Assembly (NCBI GenBank): GCA_023142995.1
Contig: JAGLIM010000028.1
Span: forward strand, 1-52,094
Length of the DNA: 52,094 nucleotides
DNA from: Minisyncoccota bacterium
GTDB taxonomy: Bacteria > Patescibacteriota > Minisyncoccia > JAHIHE01 > JAGLIN01
Direction of reading: 5' to 3'
Positions 46,175-52,094 of this stretch are shown here, in pieces. Position 1 is the stretch's first letter. Each line of letters opens with the position of its first letter. Position numbers and translations under genes: made by a program. The notes beneath the pieces are model-generated. The model worked only from the letters and a program-made list of their open reading frames with translations, did not search any database and was not told the origin of the DNA.

Positions 46175-47989
46175 ATGGATGATGAAAACAAAAAAATATA
46201 CATAAACGAAGATGAAGAGATACCTTCTATCATTATGAAAATCAGTAGACATAAAGAAAATGATATAATTTTAGTTGTATCTCGTGAAAATGTAATATTA
46301 CAAAGTCTAATAAATCTAAAAATATTAAAAAAGAAAGTTGAGGAAATGGGGAAAACAGTTTCAGTTATAAAAACAGATTCTCAGGTAAAAGAAGAAGAAA
46401 TTGCGGAAGATATTAAAGATAGTAGTGATTTTGTGAATACTAATGGAAAACAATTTGGATCCATTAGAAGAAATGTAGATATTAAACCTAATGCTGATGA
46501 GCTAAATTTAAAAAAAGATGAGGAGAGTATTGCAAAAGTTCACAAAATTGATGTAGATTCTGATACAAATAAACATTTAGACAAAAATAATAATGGGAAT
46601 AGAGTTAAAATGTTTGATATAGTAAAAAAGATGGAAGATAATACTTCTGTGAATATGGAAAGATCATCCGCAGAGACGATAAAAACAGATTTAAGTTCCG
46701 TAGAAAAAGGATCAGACGTTAGAAATGGTGAATCTAAAGCAGAAATTGTTCCTGATAAAAATACTGGATTTTTAAAGTTTAAAAAAGGAGCTAAAAGAAC
46801 TAAAGGAACTAAGAAGACGATGTTAATACCATCAATAAATTCAAAAGTATTTTCTTTATTTATTTTAATAATTTTTGCTGCAGTTGTTTTAGTAATTGCT
46901 TTTATTTTACCAAGGGCAGATATCAATGTAGTACTTAAGAGTGAAAGTGTTTCTTATAATTTTGAATTTTTGACAGATGAAACATTAGATAATATTGATT
47001 TTGCAAATAATAAAATTCCATTGGAGAAAATTGAGATTATAGGTCAGGAAAGTGGAGAGTATCCTACAAAAGGAAAAAAACATTTGCAGGAAAGAGCAAG
47101 TGGAGAGATCACTGTTTTTAATGAATATTCTTCTAATCCACAAAGAATCGTTGCAAATACGAGATTTCTATCTAAAGATTCTAATAAACTTTTTAAAGTT
47201 AAAGAAGCTGTAACTATTCCTGGATTTTCAAGAGTTGAAGGAGTAGATGTTCCTGGACAAGTAAAAATCATGGTTTATGCTGATAAAATAGGAGAAGATT
47301 ATAATATTGGAAATTCATCTTTTTATTTACCAGGTCTTCAGGGAACTGCGAAATATACATCTATTTATGCGAGATCTATTAAACCTTTTTCTGGTGGTAT
47401 AGATAAAGAAGTTTCGTATTTTTCGGAGAGTGATTATATAACTGCCAAAGAAAGTCTTTTGAGATTAGCCAAAGAGAAAAACGCTAGTGATTTCGAAAGT
47501 AAAATTTCTGATCAATCGATCTTATTAGAGGAAACAAAAAAAGATGAAAATATTGAAATTGAAACTGATGTTGAAGTTGGTGATACTGCTGATAAATTTG
47601 AAATGAAAATAACAGTGAAAAATAGTGTAGTAACAATTAATAGAGAAGACTTGGAAAAAATTATAGACGAAAAAATTATTTCTAAGCTTGATGCAAATAA
47701 AAGTCTTTTAGAAAATAGTAGAATATACAATGTTCACGAAATAGTAATTAATGATGATGAGAAAATTAATATTTTTGTTGATGTTAAACAAGATGTGATT
47801 GAAAATATAGATGTTGATAATTTAAAATTTGAAATTGTGAATAAGGATGAAGAAAATTTGAAAAGTTATTTTAGAAATATTGATGGAATCAAATCAACAG
47901 ATATTAGTCTTTGGCCGTTTTGGGTAAAGAAGATACCTTCGTCATATGAAAAAATTAATATAACTATTGACATAAATGATTCTATATAG
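46175..47989 (+). CDS. Membrane-anchored protein with baseplate-J-like domain
   Basis: N-terminal D.EI..II...QS.INLK.LK, single TM, A.G.ITVFN...T.F...V.IPG...G..YNI...GG pattern. Confidence 0.55.
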   Translation: MDDENKKIYINEDEEIPSIIMKISRHKENDIILVVSRENVILQSLINLKILKKKVEEMGKTVSVIKTDSQVKEEEIAEDIKDSSDFVNTNGKQFGSIRRNVDIKPNADELNLKKDEESIAKVHKIDVDSDTNKHLDKNNNGNRVKMFDIVKKMEDNTSVNMERSSAETIKTDLSSVEKGSDVRNGESKAEIVPDKNTGFLKFKKGAKRTKGTKKTMLIPSINSKVFSLFILIIFAAVVLVIAFILPRADINVVLKSESVSYNFEFLTDETLDNIDFANNKIPLEKIEIIGQESGEYPTKGKKHLQERASGEITVFNEYSSNPQRIVANTRFLSKDSNKLFKVKEAVTIPGFSRVEGVDVPGQVKIMVYADKIGEDYNIGNSSFYLPGLQGTAKYTSIYARSIKPFSGGIDKEVSYFSESDYITAKESLLRLAKEKNASDFESKISDQSILLEETKKDENIEIETDVEVGDTADKFEMKITVKNSVVTINREDLEKIIDEKIISKLDANKSLLENSRIYNVHEIVINDDEKINIFVDVKQDVIENIDVDNLKFEIVNKDEENLKSYFRNIDGIKSTDISLWPFWVKKIPSSYEKINITIDINDSI

Positions 47990-47995
47990 TAAACT
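47967..47995 (+). promoter_or_regulatory. Promoter of the infA-alpha operon
   Basis: TTGACA - 17 nt - TAAACT. Confidence 0.6.
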
Positions 47996-48135
47996 TTAAC
48001 AGTAGCTTATTATTAACTTAAATTAGGGAAAAAACAATTTAAGAAGCTATCAAAACGGTCCAGCTAGTGGTGCTAGTTGTTGTTTTGTTTACAAGTGTTT
48101 CTTTAAACTAATTCTTTAATTAATCAAAATATTAT

Positions 48136-48345
48136 ATGAAAGAGATAGTACAGGTTGAGGGAACTGTTACAGAGACATTACCTGGAACAAAATTTAAAGT
48201 TAAGATTGATGAAGGCCATGAGTTATTGGCACATATTTCAGGTAGAATGAGAATGAACTATATAAAAATTTTGCCTGGTGACACAGTCATTGTTGAAATG
48301 AGTCCGTATGATTTGACAAAGGGTAGAATTGTTCGTAGAGGATAA
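48136..48345 (+). CDS. infA: Translation initiation factor IF-1
   Basis: [32 protein letters not shown]. Confidence 0.97.
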   Translation: MKEIVQVEGTVTETLPGTKFKVKIDEGHELLAHISGRMRMNYIKILPGDTVIVEMSPYDLTKGRIVRRG

Positions 48346-48500
48346 GGACTCGTCCATAAATAACCTCCCAAACTTCATCTCATCTTCACATCATCTTGGC
48401 TTGAAAAAACTCTCAAGATATAAGTATATCTTTCAATCTTTTTCAAACCAATCTGACGCAAAGCTGAGTGAACTTAGGAATGTTATTTATGGACGACCCC
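48346..48500. mobile_element. 155-bp MITE with 19-bp imperfect terminal IRs and TAA target duplication
   Basis: TAA|GGACTCGTCCATAAATAAC ... GTTATTTATGGACGACCCC|TAA. Confidence 0.8.
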
Positions 48501-48525
48501 TAAGTTTGTAAATTAATTTAAAAAA

Positions 48526-48639
48526 ATGAAAGTTAGAGCTTCTATAAAGAAAATGTGTGATAATTGTAAAATAGTAAGACGTAAAAGAAAGCTTTATGTT
48601 ATTTGTTCTAATCCTAAACATAAACAACGTCAAGGTTAG
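48526..48639 (+). CDS. rpmJ: 50S ribosomal protein L36
   Basis: [37 protein letters not shown]. Confidence 0.97.
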   Translation: MKVRASIKKMCDNCKIVRRKRKLYVICSNPKHKQRQG

Positions 48640-48680
48640 TATATTTAAATTTTTGTTAATAAATTTTAATTCAATTTTAT

Positions 48681-49067
48681 ATGCCAAGAATTCTAGGAGT
48701 TAATATACCAGAGGGTAAAAGAATGGAAATTGCCCTTACTTATATAAAAGGTATAGGGGTTTTTTTGAGTAGAAAGATTCTTAAAGAGACAAATATCAGT
48801 TTTGATAAAAGAGCAAAAGATATTACATCAGAAGAAATAGGGAAGATTCAGAAAGTCATTGAGAAAGATTATAAAATAGAGGGTGAGTTGGGAAGAATTG
48901 TTATGATGAATATTAAAAGATTAAAAGAAATAGGTTGTTACAGAGGAACGAGACATGCAAATGGATTGCCGACAAGAGGTCAAAGAACTAAAACTAATAA
49001 TAGAACTGTAAGAGGTAATATAAGAAGAACAGCAGGAAGTGGTAAAGTAAAAGTTGAAAAAACATAA
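48681..49067 (+). CDS. rpsM: 30S ribosomal protein S13
   Basis: [10 protein letters not shown] and [16 protein letters not shown]. Confidence 0.97.
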   Translation: MPRILGVNIPEGKRMEIALTYIKGIGVFLSRKILKETNISFDKRAKDITSEEIGKIQKVIEKDYKIEGELGRIVMMNIKRLKEIGCYRGTRHANGLPTRGQRTKTNNRTVRGNIRRTAGSGKVKVEKT

Positions 49068-49069
49068 GA

Positions 49070-49152
49070 TTTAGAATTTTGAATCTTGAATTTTGAATAA
49101 TGATTCAAGACTTACAAGATATTCTAAATTCTAAATTCTAAATTCAATATTC
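49070..49152. repeat. Inverted blocks of heptamer tandem repeats
   Basis: (TTTAGAA/TTTTGAA)n followed by (TTCTAAA)n. Confidence 0.65.
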
Positions 49153-49164
49153 TAACTAAAATAT

Positions 49165-49602
49165 ATGGGAAAAAGAAGAATAGTAACAATTGGAGGTAAA
49201 GATAAAGCAGGTTCAAAATCTTTGAGTCGAAGTAAAGCTTCTAAGAAAAGAAAAAACATATCAAAAGGACAGATTCATATTAAATCAACATATAACAATA
49301 CTATTGTAACTCTTACTGATTTAAATGGGGGTGTTATTGCGTGGTCAACAGCAGGTCTTTTGGGTTTTAAAGGAGCAAAGAAAGCAACTCCTTATGCAGC
49401 AACTAATATTGTTGGATCATTATTGGAAAAAGTAAAAAAAGTTGGATTAAAAGACGTAGAAGTATATGTTAAAGGTATTGGAAGCGGAAGAGAATCTGCT
49501 GTAAGAGCAATTGCTGCAAATGGTATAAATATTATTTCAATAACTGATACAACACCGATTCCTCATAATGGATGCAGACCTCCAAAGCCTAGAAGAGTAT
49601 AA
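49165..49602 (+). CDS. rpsK: 30S ribosomal protein S11
   Basis: STYNNTIVT, GFKG.KK.TPYAA and TPIPHNGCRPPK. Confidence 0.97.
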   Translation: MGKRRIVTIGGKDKAGSKSLSRSKASKKRKNISKGQIHIKSTYNNTIVTLTDLNGGVIAWSTAGLLGFKGAKKATPYAATNIVGSLLEKVKKVGLKDVEVYVKGIGSGRESAVRAIAANGINIISITDTTPIPHNGCRPPKPRRV

Positions 49603-49720
49603 ATGGTGAATTTTTCCGCCCAAGGCGGACCAACCAAAGGCTGGGAATTTTGAATAAAATTGAAAATTTTATGAATAAATAGTAAAGAAAATATTATTAT
49701 AAATATATAATCAACAAAAT

Positions 49721-50347
49721 ATGGCTAGAGATTTAAGTGCAAAATGTAAAAAATGCAGAAGAGAAGGTAAAAAGATTTTTCTTAAAGGAGAAAGGTGTTT
49801 TAGTATGAAATGTGCAATGATAAAAAGACCTTATGCACCAGGACAACACGGACAATCTAGGAGAATGGGATTATCTGAATATGGAATACAATTAAGAGAA
49901 AAACAGAAGGTAAAGAGAACATATGGTTTGCTTGAAAAACAGTTTAGAAAATATTATGATATGGCAAACAGTATGAAAGGAAACACAGGGGTTCTGCTTT
50001 CAACGCTTCTAGAACGAAGAATGGATAACGTTGTTTATCGTCTTGGCTTAGCGGAATCAAGAAATCATGCTAGGCAATTAGTAAATCACGGACATTTTCT
50101 GCTTAATGGCATAAAGACAGATATACCATCATGTTTATTAAAAGAAGGGGATGTAATATCGATAAAAAATGATAAAGGTGTTTATTTTCAGAATCTGAAA
50201 AATGTTTTAAAAAATCAGCAAGTTCCATCTTGGTTATCGCTGGATCTACAAAAAATAGAAGGCAAGGTAGTGTCTTCTCCAACGTTGGATGAAATTGACA
50301 TGAATAGCAACATTCATTTAATAATTGAATTTTATTCAAAATCATAA
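49721..50347 (+). CDS. rpsD: 30S ribosomal protein S4 (Zn-binding type)
   Basis: CKKCRREG, PGQHG, QLREKQK and LERR.DNVVYRLG. Confidence 0.97.
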   Translation: MARDLSAKCKKCRREGKKIFLKGERCFSMKCAMIKRPYAPGQHGQSRRMGLSEYGIQLREKQKVKRTYGLLEKQFRKYYDMANSMKGNTGVLLSTLLERRMDNVVYRLGLAESRNHARQLVNHGHFLLNGIKTDIPSCLLKEGDVISIKNDKGVYFQNLKNVLKNQQVPSWLSLDLQKIEGKVVSSPTLDEIDMNSNIHLIIEFYSKS

Positions 50348-50373
50348 TTATAAATAATAAAATAAACAAAAAT

Positions 50374-51399
50374 ATGCAAAAAATTACACTACCAGAGAAA
50401 CCAATATTAAAAAATCAAAAAGATAATTTTGCTGTTTTTGAAATAAAATCATGTTATCCTGGCTATGGTACAACAATTGGAAATGCTTTAAGAAGAGTAT
50501 TACTTTCGAGTTTACCTGGATCTGCGATTACATCTGTAAAGATTTCAGGAGTTAATCATGAATTTTCTACAATACCTGGAGTATTAGAAGATGCTGTTGA
50601 GATAATTCTTAATTTGAAGAAAATAAAATTTAAAATGTATGTTGATGATTCAGTTAAATTATCTTTAAAAGTTAATAAAGAAGGTAAGGTGACTGCAGGA
50701 GATATCAAGGGAAATAGTGATGTTGAAATTTCAAATAAAGATGCTTATATTGCAACAGTAACTAATAAAAATGGAGAGTTTGAGATGGAGATTAAGATCG
50801 AAAAAGGAATTGGATATATGCCTATTGAACAACAAGGCGACGAAAAGCTTGAAATCGGTAATATAGCGATGGATGCAATATTTACGCCAGTAAAAAAAGT
50901 AAATTATCGTGTTGAGAATATGCGTGTTGGCAAAATGACTAACTATGACAAACTTATATTGGAGATTCAGACAGATGGAAGCATAACTCCAGAAGAAGCA
51001 TTTAAAAGCGCTACTTTGCTTCTTGTTGATCATTTTAATCTTTTTAGGGAAGTTATTGATCAAGAGCAATATGAGTTAAACGAAGCTGAGGAAACAGATG
51101 GAGAAGAAGAAGCATTCAAAAAAGCTGAATCAAAAAGAAAAGAGACCGAGAAGAAGGCAAAAGAAGAAAGAAAAGAACAAAATAAAGAGGAACAAGAAGA
51201 TGTTCTTAAGCTTTCAATAGAAGACATTAATTTATTACCGAGAATTTCTAACATATTAGCTGAAAATAAGATTAAGTCAGTTGGAAAGATAATTAAAAAA
51301 ACAGATGAAGATTTACAGCTATTGCCAGGTATGGGAGACAAAGCAATAAAAGATATTAAAAAATCCCTTGGAAAATTCGGTTTAACACTGAAAAAATAG
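50374..51399 (+). CDS. rpoA: RNA polymerase alpha subunit
   Basis: GYGTTIGNALRRVLLSS, HEFSTI.GV.ED and DA.FTPV. Confidence 0.97.
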   Translation: MQKITLPEKPILKNQKDNFAVFEIKSCYPGYGTTIGNALRRVLLSSLPGSAITSVKISGVNHEFSTIPGVLEDAVEIILNLKKIKFKMYVDDSVKLSLKVNKEGKVTAGDIKGNSDVEISNKDAYIATVTNKNGEFEMEIKIEKGIGYMPIEQQGDEKLEIGNIAMDAIFTPVKKVNYRVENMRVGKMTNYDKLILEIQTDGSITPEEAFKSATLLLVDHFNLFREVIDQEQYELNEAEETDGEEEAFKKAESKRKETEKKAKEERKEQNKEEQEDVLKLSIEDINLLPRISNILAENKIKSVGKIIKKTDEDLQLLPGMGDKAIKDIKKSLGKFGLTLKK

Positions 51400-51401
51400 T
51401 T

Positions 51402-51529
51402 TACACTCCTTCGCTTTTTGTATTCCGATTTTGTAGATTTTAAAAAGATTACTTTTTCATTTAAAATCAAAGGAAATTTCACATAAAGCTACGGAGCATT
51501 ATACGGAATTATTTTAGCAAAGGAGTATA
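51402..51529. mobile_element. MITE-like element with TA ends between rpoA and rplQ
   Basis: TACACTCCTTCGCT / AGCAAAGGAGTATA terminal IRs with further inner pairing (ATTCCG/CGGAAT). Confidence 0.55.
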
Positions 51530-51554
51530 GATTTTATAGATATAATATTTAGTT

Positions 51555-51902
51555 ATGAAACATAAGATTAAAGGAAGACAATTTAAAAGAAGTAAATCAC
51601 AAAGAAAAGCTTTACTTAAACATTTATCTGAAGCTATTATTTTAAATGAAAAGATTACTACAACAACAGCAAAAGCAAAAGAATTATCTTCTCATGTTGA
51701 AAAACTTATAACAATTGCAAAGAAGAACAATCTATTAGCAGCAAAGACAATTCATAGTAGATTGTGTGACGAGGCATCAAAAAAATTGTTAAAAGATATT
51801 GTAAAACGTTATGAGAAAAGAAGTGGTGGTTATACAAGAGTAGTAAAGATTGGAGAAAGAAAAGGAGATGTTGCTCAAATGTCTATCATAGAATTTGTAT
51901 AA
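51555..51902 (+). CDS. rplQ: 50S ribosomal protein L17
   Basis: I.TT.AKAKEL and R.GGYTR..K.G.R.GD.A.M. Confidence 0.97.
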   Translation: MKHKIKGRQFKRSKSQRKALLKHLSEAIILNEKITTTTAKAKELSSHVEKLITIAKKNNLLAAKTIHSRLCDEASKKLLKDIVKRYEKRSGGYTRVVKIGERKGDVAQMSIIEFV

Positions 51903-51990
51903 ATAGACATTTTGCGTAATTACTTCCTAACTGCGATCGTTATGTTTTGGTCAAATGATGCAGTAAGTCTAATACTTAATGATTAATAAA

Positions 51991-52094
51991 ATGACTAAGA
52001 AAATGAATAAGTCAGTTGATAAAATTGAAAGAAAATGGCATATTTTTGATGCTTCTGAAGAGAGTTTTGGAAGAATGTCTTCAAAAATTTCAAC
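51991..52094 (+). CDS. rplM: 50S ribosomal protein L13 (N-terminus, runs off window)
   Basis: ERKWHIFDA....GRM.S.I matches the L13 start; position after rplQ. Confidence 0.85.
   Translation, partial: MTKKMNKSVDKIERKWHIFDASEESFGRMSSKIS

Noticed and set aside
46175-47989. Prophage suggested by baseplate-J-like and KilA-N genes
   Set aside because: No terminase, capsid, portal or integrase; the baseplate-like gene has a TM and sits among core genes
48329-48511. 60-aa ORF after infA
   Set aside because: It coincides with the MITE and has no protein features
51903-51990. L13 leader RNA before rplM
   Set aside because: Only a weak hairpin (ACTGC/GCAGT) with no recognisable consensus
1-52094. 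Alternative genetic code (TGA=Gly, code 25)
   Set aside because: Conserved genes are full length under code 11, and TGA ends genes such as mltG at the expected position

Overview
AT-rich bacterial chromosomal segment (genetic code 11). Gene content and order suggest Patescibacteria/CPR, Parcubacteria-like (inference): isolated rplJL, N-terminally extended L7/L12, an FtsA-like plus baseplate-J-like pair before infA, PEP-utiliser mobile-domain proteins and mostly SD-less starts. (1) 1-15 kb is a defence island. A Type I R-M system (hsdM, hsdS, hsdR) is split by an AAA/DUF4143 ATPase, a KilA-N gene, a ParA-like ATPase and a tight three-gene module: 5mC DNA methyltransferase, MORC/GHKL-ATPase fused to a histidine kinase, and a receiver protein with an unknown C-terminal domain. 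That module is the best candidate for an uncharacterised system. (2) 15-31 kb is a co-oriented array of small accessory genes (Fic, NUDIX, SLOG, AlkD-like, GIY-YIG, Pif1-WYL, two PEP-utiliser proteins, His-phosphatase, MBL, cupins, thermonuclease). These are separated by several families of REP/REPIN-like hairpin repeats showing compensatory changes. (3) 31-52 kb is core: SAM-I riboswitch plus metK, Smr, rpmG, tRNA-Trp, ahcY, adenosine-kinase-like, tRNA-Tyr, uppS, mltG, rplJL with an L10 leader, tRNA-Ala, and the infA-rpmJ-rpsM-rpsK-rpsD-rpoA-rplQ-rplM operon carrying MITE-like inserts. All calls come from motif recognition by eye; no database searches were run.
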